A DNA stretch of 48,452 bases from Paludibacteraceae bacterium (GTDB lineage: Bacteria > Bacteroidota > Bacteroidia > Bacteroidales > Paludibacteraceae): the NCBI GenBank assembly GCA_016282955.1, contig JAEELX010000104.1:1-48452 (forward strand). Direction: 5' to 3'. Below, piece after piece: positions 36,316-44,925 of the stretch (the first letter of the stretch is position 1; each line of letters begins with the position of its first letter). The notes under the pieces are model-generated. The model saw only the letters and a list, made by a program, of their open reading frames with translations. It was not told the DNA's origin and searched no databases. The position numbers and the translations under genes are program-made.

Positions 36316-37317
36316 TTACAATGCTTTTCCATCTGAACCTAACACGTTGATAATTTTGTGTTTGTACAGTTCTACCATCAAATCGCGAGCAGGACCGCAG
36401 TACTTACGTGGATCAAACTCAGCGGGTTTCTCTGCAAACACTTTACGCACAGCTGCCGTGAAAGCCAACCGACTATCGCTATCGATGTTGATTTTGCAAA
36501 CTGCCGACTTAGAGGCTTGACGCAACTGCTCTTCGGGGATACCTACTGCATCGGGCATCTTTCCACCGTATTGGTTAATCATATCCACATACTCTTGTGG
36601 AACGCTACTGGAGCCGTGCAACACGATGGGGAACCCGGGCAACTTCACCATGATAGCATCCAACACATCAAAAGCCAACGGTGGGGGTACCAAACGACCT
36701 GTCTTAGGGTCACGGGTACATTGTTCGGGTTTGAATTTGTAAGCCCCGTGGCTCGTACCAATCGAGATAGCCAAGCTATCCACGCCCGTCTTGGTTGTAA
36801 AATCGATTACCTCTTCGGGTTTGGTGTAATGACTTTCTTCGGAAGACACCTCGTCCTCAACACCTGCCAAAACACCCAACTCACCTTCAACGGTTACGTC
36901 GTACTTGTGGGCATACTCTACCACTTGGCGGGTCAAAGCCACGTTTTCATCGTACGGCAGACTTGAACCGTCAATCATCACGCTCGAAAAACCTGTATCC
37001 ACACAACTCTTGCAGAGTTCGAACGAGTCGCCGTGGTCTAAGTGCAACACGATTTGTGGATGCTCCCAACCCAACTCTTTGGCGTATGCCACTGCACCTT
37101 CTGCCATGTAACGAAGCAAGGTTTGGTTGGCATAACTACGGGCACCTTTACTTACTTGCAAAATCACAGGACTTTTCGTCTCGGCACTGGCTTTGATAAT
37201 AGCCTGCAATTGCTCCATATTGTTAAAATTGAAAGCGGGAATCGCATAACCGCCTTTGATAGCTTTGGCGAACATTTCACGCGTATTCACCAAGCCGATT
37301 TCTTTGTAATTTACCAT
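36316..37317 (-). CDS. fba: Class II fructose-1,6-bisphosphate aldolase
   Basis: 333 aa with the zinc/catalytic motifs HLDHG and HGSSSVPQE. Confidence 0.9.
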   Translation of the reverse strand: MVNYKEIGLVNTREMFAKAIKGGYAIPAFNFNNMEQLQAIIKASAETKSPVILQVSKGARSYANQTLLRYMAEGAVAYAKELGWEHPQIVLHLDHGDSFELCKSCVDTGFSSVMIDGSSLPYDENVALTRQVVEYAHKYDVTVEGELGVLAGVEDEVSSEESHYTKPEEVIDFTTKTGVDSLAISIGTSHGAYKFKPEQCTRDPKTGRLVPPPLAFDVLDAIMVKLPGFPIVLHGSSSVPQEYVDMINQYGGKMPDAVGIPEEQLRQASKSAVCKINIDSDSRLAFTAAVRKVFAEKPAEFDPRKYCGPARDLMVELYKHKIINVLGSDGKAL

Positions 37318-37354
37318 AATATCTGATTTTTTATTTGTTTACAAAACACCACTG

Positions 37355-37362
37355 CAAATATA
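37355..37362 (-). promoter_or_regulatory. Promoter -7 box TATATTTG upstream of fba
   Basis: Exact TAnnTTTG match on the minus strand, about 38 nt upstream of the fba ATG. Confidence 0.45.
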
Positions 37363-37414
37363 CATTTTTTTTAATAACTTTATAATTTAATTATTTTTTA
37401 TTCCATTTTTATAG

Positions 37415-37422
37415 TACCTTTG
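37415..37422 (+). promoter_or_regulatory. Promoter -7 box TACCTTTG upstream of the BACON lipoprotein gene
   Basis: Exact TAnnTTTG match, 23 nt upstream of the ATG at 37445. Confidence 0.45.
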
Positions 37423-37444
37423 CCTCGTTTTTAATTCATGTAAA

Positions 37445-38725
37445 ATGATGAAAAAAATTTTGCTATTTACTGTGATGGGGTTGCTACTTCTGGGTTGTAA
37501 AAAATCCAAAAATAGTCCAGAAATTAATCCACATACCGGGGACGGAAATAATCCAACGACACAAGTCGCTTTTGAGTTTGGCAAAAATGCCAGCTTTACC
37601 AAGTATGTACTGAATGAAACAGGCTCAGGCACGATGACGCTTACCTTCCAAACAAACGTAACGTACAAGGCAGGCAGTGAACAGTTTGTTTTTAAATCCA
37701 ATATAAAAAATTGGACGGCTGAAAATTTGACAAACGATTGGCTGACCCTTTCTCCCACTTCGGGCCACAAAGGCGAATATGCCACTTTAAGCATAAACTT
37801 CACAAAAAACGGAGGTGCCAGACGCGAAGGCAAAATACAGGTGAGCAGTGGCGACTCTATTTTTATGATTGTCATACAACAAAGTGAGCCATTTGTTTTT
37901 CGGGTGGGTGAATTCTCCATCAGCGACAAACAAAAAGTTCATTTCTCACCTGGCAACTTGCAATACCAAGCATCCTCTGGCACATGGCGATTTGCCGAAC
38001 GTCAGTTTGATAGATGCGGCAATGGCATTAGCAATGGCACCACTCAATCAGGCAAAAGAGGCACCTCGACAGTCTTCTGGGAGGATGCAGGCGTTACCAA
38101 ACCGTGTGATAATGCACTTTTTTCTTCGTCAACCTATGGCGGTTGGATTGATTTATTCGTTTGGGGAACAGGTAATAAACCCACTTATACAGGGACAAAT
38201 ACGGATTGGTCGGAATGGGGAGATAACCCGATTCACGAAGGTAACACTACCCATCCTACAGGCACTTGGCGTACATTGAAGTGGGGAGAATGGGAGTACT
38301 TGTTAGACACGCGTAGAAATGAAGGCGACATTAGTTATACTTTTGTTCGTTTGCATTACGGTTCGAATGCTACGGATACCGTTATGGGTGTTATCATCTA
38401 TCCTGATAATTTTTCATTTAAGACGGCTGGTGTAGATGCTATCTCCATTGATCCCGAGGTTGAGATAACGGATATTAACATGTCGATTTGGTCATCTTTG
38501 GAGAAGGTGGGTGCTGTATTTTTACCATGGGCTGACCTTGACAAAGCTAACAATGAGGAATGTGACTATTGGTCTAAATCAAACACCATTGGCAATAAAG
38601 TATATTGTGCACAATTCAACATGAAAACTCATAGATATTATAGCTCATACACTTTCGTCTATTATCGTTGTCCAGTACGCCTTGTGCAAGATATAACAGC
38701 CGAAGAGGATGCGACAAATGAATGA
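37445..38725 (+). CDS. Lipoprotein with N-terminal BACON-like domain and C-terminal FISUMP/DUF1566-like (lectin-fold) domain
   Basis: 426 aa with a lipobox (LLLGC). Has a BACON-like segment (LSPTSGHKGEYATLSINF...IQVSSGD) and C-terminal motifs FSPGNLQY, IDLFVWGTG, GTWRTLKWGEWEYL and a terminal YYRCPVRLVQD. Confidence 0.6.
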   Translation: MMKKILLFTVMGLLLLGCKKSKNSPEINPHTGDGNNPTTQVAFEFGKNASFTKYVLNETGSGTMTLTFQTNVTYKAGSEQFVFKSNIKNWTAENLTNDWLTLSPTSGHKGEYATLSINFTKNGGARREGKIQVSSGDSIFMIVIQQSEPFVFRVGEFSISDKQKVHFSPGNLQYQASSGTWRFAERQFDRCGNGISNGTTQSGKRGTSTVFWEDAGVTKPCDNALFSSSTYGGWIDLFVWGTGNKPTYTGTNTDWSEWGDNPIHEGNTTHPTGTWRTLKWGEWEYLLDTRRNEGDISYTFVRLHYGSNATDTVMGVIIYPDNFSFKTAGVDAISIDPEVEITDINMSIWSSLEKVGAVFLPWADLDKANNEECDYWSKSNTIGNKVYCAQFNMKTHRYYSSYTFVYYRCPVRLVQDITAEEDATNE

Positions 38726-38842
38726 TTGTTGCTCCAAAAGTGTTGTAGCAAAGAAGGGTGATTTTTTTAAACTCGTTTAATCAATAAAGTTTATAAAAAA
38801 TAGCATTTTAAAGATTTATTTGATCATTTTTCAAAAAAAATA

Positions 38843-38915
38843 TACTTTCGCAACAAATTTATCCCCCGTAGGTGGAAAATACTACGGCCCGCCACCTCAA
38901 AAGGGTGGCTTTTTT
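38843..38915 (+). promoter_or_regulatory. Leader/attenuator upstream of the NYN gene: promoter-like box, hairpin, competing pairing and terminator
   Basis: TACTTTCG box at 38843-38850. Hairpin CCGTAG/CTACGG at 38866-38871:38882-38887. AGGTGG (38870-38875) can pair instead with CCACCT (38892-38897), the 5' arm of the terminator. Confidence 0.4.
38891..38915 (+). terminator. Rho-independent terminator 10 nt upstream of the NYN start codon
   Basis: GCCACC-TCAAAAG-GGTGGC followed by T6 (38910-38915). Confidence 0.65.
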
Positions 38916-38925
38916 ATTCATTACT

Positions 38926-39558
38926 ATGGAAAAACAACGTGTTATTGTTTATGTAGACGGTTTTAATTTCTACTATGGACTTCGCTCTGAACGCCGTTGG
39001 AAAAAGTACTATTGGCTGGATATAGTCAAGTTTTTTGATATGTTCATCAAAGACAATCAAGAACTTGTTGCCGTAAAGTATTTCTCGGCTCGCACGTATG
39101 ATTTAGAAAAATCCCGCAACCAAAATGCTTTCTTCCAAGCAAACAAAGAGAACCCTCGTTTTCACTTAATTTTAGGAAAATATCTTAAAAAAACATTTGA
39201 ATGTTTTAACTGCCATCGTATCATCCATACGTACGAAGAAAAGGAATCAGATGTACGGATAGCAACTCAAATCGTTGCAGATGCATACCAAAATAATTGC
39301 GATATTGCGATTGTGGTGTCGGCTGATAGTGATATGATACCAGCTATTGAATTAGCAAAAGAGGCAGGCAAACAAGTTTATGCTTATTTTCCGCCGAATC
39401 AACAATCGAATAATTTACGTATCCTATGTAGAACTATTGATTTAGTTCGCTACGAAAACCGCTTCAAGTCATGCTTACTGCCCGATGTAGTCCACTTAAA
39501 AGCATCCAATTTTGATTTACACATACCTGAAAAATGGAAAAGACATCAGCAAGGATAA
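38926..39558 (+). CDS. NYN-domain (LabA/PIN-like) putative ribonuclease
   Basis: 210 aa from the ATG at 38926 (MEKQRVIVYVDGFNFYYG). Acidic NYN motifs are present: VDGFN, EKESDVRIA and VVSADSDMIP. The track's GTG start at 38872 would read through the leader hairpins. AT-rich. Confidence 0.75.
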   Translation: MEKQRVIVYVDGFNFYYGLRSERRWKKYYWLDIVKFFDMFIKDNQELVAVKYFSARTYDLEKSRNQNAFFQANKENPRFHLILGKYLKKTFECFNCHRIIHTYEEKESDVRIATQIVADAYQNNCDIAIVVSADSDMIPAIELAKEAGKQVYAYFPPNQQSNNLRILCRTIDLVRYENRFKSCLLPDVVHLKASNFDLHIPEKWKRHQQG

Positions 39559-39651
39559 CTTGTTTCAGTTGTTTTTCAAAAAGATTTGTTTTTTTCAAAA
39601 TTTAATTATATATTCGCCCGATTTTTGCCAAATGGATTGGCGAACCAACAC

Positions 39652-39725
39652 GGTTCGGTAGCTCAGCTGGATAGAGCAACAGCCTTCTAAGCTGTGGGTC
39701 GCGGGTTCGAATCCCGCCCGAATCA
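39652..39725 (+). tRNA. tRNA-Arg (anticodon TCT)
   Basis: Acceptor GGTTCGG/CCGAATC, D-arm GCTC-AGCTGGATA-GAGC, anticodon arm ACAGC-CTTCTAA-GCTGT and T-arm GCGGG-TTCGAAT-CCCGC. Discriminator is A and no CCA is encoded. Confidence 0.9.
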
Positions 39726-39776
39726 CATATCAACCACGTAAAGAGTTAATCTTTACCTAAAAAAATAGTTTTCTTT

Positions 39777-40646
39777 ATGGCAACAATGCATCAATTAAAA
39801 ATCACAAAATCTATCACCGACCGCGAGTCGCCTTCATTGGACAAGTTTTTGTTGGAAATTAGTCGCGAGAACCTCCTCACCGTTGAAAAAGAAGTGGAAA
39901 TCACCAGCAAAGCGGCTAACGGAGACGAAGAAGCCAAAGCACATCTTATCCGTGCCAACCTGCGTTTCGTGGTGTCGGTAGCAAAACAATACCAAAATCA
40001 AGGTTTGAGCCTCTCCGACCTCATCGAAGAAGGCAACTTGGGCTTGATTCGTGCGGCAGAGAAATTTGACCCATCGTTAGGTTTTAAGTTCATCACGTAT
40101 GCTGTTTGGTGGATTCGCCAGTCTATTATGCAAGCCATCGCTGAGCAGTCGCGTATCGTGCGTTTACCTCAGAACCAAGTAGGTTCGCTGAACAAAATCA
40201 CCAAAGCCTTAGCCCGTTTTGAGCAAGAAAATGAACGGAAGCCGTCCCTTGCCGAACTGGCTGAAATAGTGGATATGCCTGCTGCAAAAATTATGGACAT
40301 CATGCGTATGTCGGGTAAACATCAAAGTATTGATGCACCTTTTTCGGACGCAGACGACAGCAGTTTATTGGACGTATTGGAGAACGAAAACGCCGTTGCA
40401 ACCGACAAGAACCTCATGCACGAGTCGTTGGCGAAAGATATTGACCAAGTTTTGAAGACCATCGTGCCGCGTGATGCGATTGTGTTACGCCGTTTCTTTG
40501 GTATCGGTTGTGCTCCCTGCTCGTTGGAAGAGATTGGAGCCGAGTTGGATTTGTCTCGCGAACGCGTTCGTCAAATCAAAGAAAAAGCCTTACGCAAGTT
40601 GCAAAACAGCAATTATAGCCAAGTATTGAAGACCTATCTCGGATGA
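39777..40646 (+). CDS. rpoD: RNA polymerase primary sigma factor (short Bacteroidota sigma-A)
   Basis: 289 aa with regions 2 (YAVWWIRQSI), 3 and 4.2 (LSRERVRQIKEKALRKL). Confidence 0.9.
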   Translation: MATMHQLKITKSITDRESPSLDKFLLEISRENLLTVEKEVEITSKAANGDEEAKAHLIRANLRFVVSVAKQYQNQGLSLSDLIEEGNLGLIRAAEKFDPSLGFKFITYAVWWIRQSIMQAIAEQSRIVRLPQNQVGSLNKITKALARFEQENERKPSLAELAEIVDMPAAKIMDIMRMSGKHQSIDAPFSDADDSSLLDVLENENAVATDKNLMHESLAKDIDQVLKTIVPRDAIVLRRFFGIGCAPCSLEEIGAELDLSRERVRQIKEKALRKLQNSNYSQVLKTYLG

Positions 40647-40667
40647 TACGATTCGACGTGTCAGACC

Positions 40668-41933
40668 ATGGAAATATACATTAAGACATTAGGTTGTAAG
40701 CTCAATTTTGCCGAAAGTAGTGCAATAGGAAAAGATTTGATTGACCACGGACACACTTTGACTGACGATATACAGTTGGCCAAAGTGTGTGTTGTTAATA
40801 CTTGTTCCGTAACCGACACCGCCGACAGCAAAGATAGGCAGTTTATCCATCACGCAAAAAAACTCAATCCCGACATCAAAATTATCGTCACGGGTTGTTA
40901 TGCCCAACTGAATGCCGAAAAGATTTTGGCGACCTTGCCGATAGATATGGTCGTGGGGATGAACGAGAAGAAGGATATTCCCGCTTTGATAGCCGACCTT
41001 ACAAAGCCTTCCTTGCATGTCTCGCCGATTGGGAAGGGAGATGTTTTTCAGCCTGCCGTTTCGTTTTCGGATTCGGAGATTGCCAACGGAAGTCGCACCC
41101 GCGTTTTTCTCAAAATCCAAGACGGTTGCGATTATTTTTGCAGTTATTGTACCATCCCGTTGGCTCGTGGCAGGAGCCGCAACGCAAGCATTGAAACCAT
41201 TGTGGCAGAGATACGCAACGTGTTGGCAAACGATACGAAGGAGATTATTTTGACGGGCGTGAATATCGGCGACTTTGGCAAAAGTACCCACGAGCGGTTC
41301 ATTGACTTGTTGCAGGCGATTGAGCAGATTGAGTGCGAGCATCATTTTCGGGTGCGAGTGTCGTCTTGCGAACCCGACTTGCTAACCGAAGAAATTATCG
41401 ATTTTGTTGCTACTTCGAAGCATTTTGCACCCCATTTTCATATCCCGTTGCAGTCGGGCAATAACGAGATTTTGAAGCTTATGCGGCGACACTATTCGCG
41501 GGAGTTGTTTGCTCAACGGGTGATGTATATTCGCCAGAAACTGCCGTATGCGTTCATCGGTGTGGATTGTATGGTGGGTGTGCGTGGCGAAACGGAGGAG
41601 CATTTTGCGGATTATGTGCAGTTTATGGAGACGTTGCCCGTGTCGCGTCTGCATGTCTTTCCGTATTCGGAGCGTGCGAATACGAAGATGGTCGGTATGC
41701 CGTTGCATGTTGTGCCGAAAAAAGAGCGTTTGAGCCGCAGCAAAATTTTGCAAACACTTTCAGCCCAAAAATACGATGAATTCGTGCAAAACTGCAAAGG
41801 ACATCAGGCGACTGTGCTGTGGGAAGCAAAGAAAAAAAATGGCAAAATGTACGGGTTCACCGACAATTACATCCAGATAGAGAGCGATTTTGACGCAACA
41901 AAAATCAATCGATTTGAAAATATAACGTTGTAA
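40668..41933 (+). CDS. mtaB: tRNA methylthiotransferase, MiaB-like (MtaB type)
   Basis: 421 aa with an N-terminal UPF0004 Cys triad and the radical-SAM motif CDYFCSYC. Size and architecture fit MtaB better than MiaB. Confidence 0.75.
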   Translation: MEIYIKTLGCKLNFAESSAIGKDLIDHGHTLTDDIQLAKVCVVNTCSVTDTADSKDRQFIHHAKKLNPDIKIIVTGCYAQLNAEKILATLPIDMVVGMNEKKDIPALIADLTKPSLHVSPIGKGDVFQPAVSFSDSEIANGSRTRVFLKIQDGCDYFCSYCTIPLARGRSRNASIETIVAEIRNVLANDTKEIILTGVNIGDFGKSTHERFIDLLQAIEQIECEHHFRVRVSSCEPDLLTEEIIDFVATSKHFAPHFHIPLQSGNNEILKLMRRHYSRELFAQRVMYIRQKLPYAFIGVDCMVGVRGETEEHFADYVQFMETLPVSRLHVFPYSERANTKMVGMPLHVVPKKERLSRSKILQTLSAQKYDEFVQNCKGHQATVLWEAKKKNGKMYGFTDNYIQIESDFDATKINRFENITL

Positions 41934-41950
41934 AAACTGACAAAAACTTT

Positions 41951-42169
41951 ATGAAAAATATAGCCAAATTAATTAAACAGAAATGTGCAGAGTATGACAT
42001 CACACCCGATGTCCTCACGCCCGAAGAACTTGAAATGCTGAAGGAGGAAATTGAGGCAGAGCAGCGAGGCGAATTTGTTCTCGATAGCATTCTCAATGAC
42101 CCCGAAGTATTTTCAAGAGACAAATTAGCCTATAAAATCGGCAGAAAAGAAGTAGAAAAAAGTAAATAG
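41951..42169 (+). CDS. Small hypothetical protein
   Basis: 72-aa charged helical ORF, 17 nt after mtaB. Confidence 0.45.
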   Translation: MKNIAKLIKQKCAEYDITPDVLTPEELEMLKEEIEAEQRGEFVLDSILNDPEVFSRDKLAYKIGRKEVEKSK

Positions 42170-42190
42170 TTGCAAATCTATTTTATTTTA

Positions 42191-42198
42191 TATCTTTG
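42191..42198 (+). promoter_or_regulatory. Promoter -7 box TATCTTTG upstream of the CNNM gene
   Basis: Exact TAnnTTTG match, 24 nt upstream of the ATG at 42223. Confidence 0.45.
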
Positions 42199-42222
42199 TA
42201 GCAAAAATATAGGGATGCTTTT

Positions 42223-43290
42223 ATGACCTTGCTTTTTATTTTTATGTTTATGGCAGTGGGCGTATCGTTCTTATGCTCACTGTTGGAGTCGGTGCTACTC
42301 TCATCCACCATCTCGTACCTCACGATGAAGGAAGAAAGCGGCTCTGCAACTGCTGTATTGCTCAAAAAATACAAATTAGATACCGAACGACCTCTGGCAG
42401 CCATCTTGTCGCTCAACACAATTGCCAACACGATTGGTGCAGCAGGCGTTGGAAGACAAGTAACGATTTTGTTCGGCAATGAGTTGTTTGGACTATGTAG
42501 TGCCATTTTTACGTTGCTGATTTTGATTTTTGCCGAAATTATTCCCAAGACCATCGGTTCGTCTTATTGGCGGTCGCTGATTGGTTTTACAGCCAAAACG
42601 ATTCGTTTTCTGATTTTTCTACTTTTCCCCGTTGTGCTTTTGGTGGAGTTGTTGTCGCGGATTTTTAAGCATGCCGAAACTGAAAGTACGTTTACTCGCG
42701 AGGAGATGATGGCAATGGCGAATGTGAGCGAAGAAGAGGGCGTGATTGAAAAAAATGAAAGTAAAATCATTCAAAACATCATCCGTTTGGAAAACATCAA
42801 AGCCGCTGACATTATGACCCCACGCGTGGTAGCGGCGATTGCACCCGAAAATATGACCCTCAAACGCTACTACGATTCCGATAAATACGACCATTTTTCG
42901 CGGATTCCCGTTTACAAAGACTCGCCCGAATACATCACGGGGTATGTTTTGCGGGACGAAGCGTTGGAGGATTTGACGGAAGATAATTTTAGCATTACGT
43001 TGGGCGAAATCAAACGTTCGATGCCGTTTTTTAACGAAGATACGTCGGTTTCGGATATTTTTAATTTGATGTTGCAACAAAAATCGCAAATCGCCCTTAT
43101 CATTGACCAATACGGCTGTTTTCAAGGCATTTTAACGTTGGAAGACATCATCGAAACCGTTCTGGGCTTTGAAATTGTGGACGAAAGCGATACGATTGCC
43201 GACATGCAACAATATGCAAAAGAGCGTTGGCAACAGCGACAAAAACGGTATAAACGACTTGATATAAAACAAAAACAACATGATAAGTGA
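42223..43290 (+). CDS. CNNM/DUF21 transmembrane domain plus CBS-pair protein (hemolysin/CorC-related)
   Basis: 355 aa with four N-terminal TM helices followed by a CBS-pair region (DIMTPR...; LIIDQYGCFQGILTLEDIIE). No CorC_HlyC tail. Confidence 0.8.
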   Translation: MTLLFIFMFMAVGVSFLCSLLESVLLSSTISYLTMKEESGSATAVLLKKYKLDTERPLAAILSLNTIANTIGAAGVGRQVTILFGNELFGLCSAIFTLLILIFAEIIPKTIGSSYWRSLIGFTAKTIRFLIFLLFPVVLLVELLSRIFKHAETESTFTREEMMAMANVSEEEGVIEKNESKIIQNIIRLENIKAADIMTPRVVAAIAPENMTLKRYYDSDKYDHFSRIPVYKDSPEYITGYVLRDEALEDLTEDNFSITLGEIKRSMPFFNEDTSVSDIFNLMLQQKSQIALIIDQYGCFQGILTLEDIIETVLGFEIVDESDTIADMQQYAKERWQQRQKRYKRLDIKQKQHDK

Positions 43291-43882
43291 TTTTTTTGGT
43301 CAAATAAGTTTTTTTGGCATCTTTTCTGCCTTTATTTTCTTGATTGCCATCATTGACCCCGTTGGTAACATTCCCGTTACGATTGATATGGAAGCCCGCG
43401 GACTCAAAATCAATTCGTTCTTGGTGTGCCTTGTTTCGTTTATTATTCTGATGGCTTTTTTGTTTTTCGGCGACTTGTTGCTCAAATTGTTCAATATCCC
43501 CATTGAGTATTTTGCGATTGCTGGTGGTTTTATCATCTTTTTGATGTCGATGGAGATGGTTTTTGATATGACTTTTTTAACCACACCCGAATTGCAATAC
43601 ACAGGTTCGGTGAACATTGTGCCGTTGGCTTTCCCGTTGTACGCTGGTCCGGGAACGTTTACCGCCGTTATTTCGCTCACGGCAGAGTACTCAACCCTTG
43701 ATGTGATTTGTGCTATTGTCCTCAACATCATCGCACTGTATATCATCTTAAAAGGGACTTCTTGGCTTTCGAAACATTTGAGCCAAACGACATTGTATAT
43801 AATTCGTAAGTTTTTTGGCATTATCGTCATGGCGATTGCCGTAAAATTGATGTTCGGAAATTTAGTTCTTATCTTCAAATGA
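43280..43882 (+). CDS. MarC-family (UPF0056) integral membrane protein
   Basis: 200 aa, polytopic, with the family-typical N-terminal IDPVGNIP motif. Overlaps both neighbours. Confidence 0.8.
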   Translation: MISDFFGQISFFGIFSAFIFLIAIIDPVGNIPVTIDMEARGLKINSFLVCLVSFIILMAFLFFGDLLLKLFNIPIEYFAIAGGFIIFLMSMEMVFDMTFLTTPELQYTGSVNIVPLAFPLYAGPGTFTAVISLTAEYSTLDVICAIVLNIIALYIILKGTSWLSKHLSQTTLYIIRKFFGIIVMAIAVKLMFGNLVLIFK

Positions 43883-44925
43883 AAAAATACATTTTAACTC
43901 TCTCGCTAATTGCTCTTTGCTACGCTTGCAAGCCCACTTTTAAGGTAGAAGGCAACATCACGGACGGTGAAGGCATGATTTATTTGGAATATGTGGATTT
44001 GACCAAGACGACCGTGCTGGATTCGACCAAGTTATCTAAAAACGGTCATTTTGTGTTGAAAGGCACTCCACCGCAGTATCCCGACTTGTATCGTATTCGG
44101 CTGCAAGACAATGTTTTATACCTCACGGTGGATTCAACGGAGACGATTTCAGTGCGTGCTACGGCAGATAGTTTGGCGTTGTATGCTACGGTCGAGGGCA
44201 GTGAAGATAGCAAAACCATTATGCTGTTGCGGCAATCGTTGCAACTTAATACGGTGGAGGCACATAAACTGCTTGCCCAACAACTGATTTTGCAAAATCC
44301 TGCGGCACTTTCTTCGTATTACGCTTTATTTCAATACAAAGACGGGAAGTATGTGTTTGATATTTTTGACCACCAAGATAGGCGTTATTTTCAGTCGGTG
44401 GCAACGGCTTTCAACCTCAAACAAGGCAAAAGTACTCGCTCCAAAACGCTTTATAATCAAGTGTTGGAGGTGCTGACCAACGAACGTAAAGCCAAAAATT
44501 CGGCAAAAATCCAGCAACTCATCCAAGACGCAGAAAACTCGTTTTTGGAAATTAAATTGCCTGACAATCACGGCAAAGAACGGGCGTTGAGCGAATGCAA
44601 AGGCAAATACACGCTGTTAGATTTTTCGGCAACGACCATGCGAAACAGCAACGATTACTACATGCAGTTGCGGGAACTGTACAACAAATACAACCAAAAA
44701 GCATTTGCGATTTTCTCCGTTTCTGCCGACAAAAATAAACTGCTTTGGGAGCAAGCCGTGGAGGCGTTGCCGTGGATTACGGTGCGGGAAGAAAGCGATG
44801 TGGCTTTTCAGTTGTACAATATCGTGCATATCCCAACGCTTTACTTGTTGGATAAGGACGGTATCGTGATAGAACGCATTGAAAAATTTGAGGATTTGGA
44901 TAAGAAGTTATCCACGCTGCTGTGA
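43879..44925 (+). CDS. DUF4369 plus TlpA-like thioredoxin-fold lipoprotein lacking the CxxC active site
   Basis: 348 aa with a lipobox (LCYAC). The C-terminal redoxin fold aligns by eye with TlpA-like proteins, but FSATTMRNSN replaces the usual FWASWCGPC. Confidence 0.65.
   Translation: MKKYILTLSLIALCYACKPTFKVEGNITDGEGMIYLEYVDLTKTTVLDSTKLSKNGHFVLKGTPPQYPDLYRIRLQDNVLYLTVDSTETISVRATADSLALYATVEGSEDSKTIMLLRQSLQLNTVEAHKLLAQQLILQNPAALSSYYALFQYKDGKYVFDIFDHQDRRYFQSVATAFNLKQGKSTRSKTLYNQVLEVLTNERKAKNSAKIQQLIQDAENSFLEIKLPDNHGKERALSECKGKYTLLDFSATTMRNSNDYYMQLRELYNKYNQKAFAIFSVSADKNKLLWEQAVEALPWITVREESDVAFQLYNIVHIPTLYLLDKDGIVIERIEKFEDLDKKLSTLL

Noticed and set aside
37387-37929. A 180-aa minus-strand ORF overlapping the start of the BACON lipoprotein gene.
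   Set aside because: It overlaps the promoter and the first 160 codons of a better-supported plus-strand lipoprotein gene and has no recognisable motifs. It would also need to run into the fba promoter region.
38872-38925. The GTG-initiated N-terminal extension of the NYN ORF given in the track.
   Set aside because: The extension would be translated through a hairpin and an intrinsic terminator with a T6 run. The NYN domain begins right at the ATG at 38926 (MEKQRVIVYVDGFN).
39652-39725. tRNA-Arg as an integration site for a genomic island (looked for attL/attR).
   Set aside because: I saw no integrase in the window and no second copy of the tRNA 3' half (GGGTTCGAATCCCGCCCGAATC) flanking the AT-rich genes. 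The only other GGGTTCGAATCCC belongs to tRNA-Glu.
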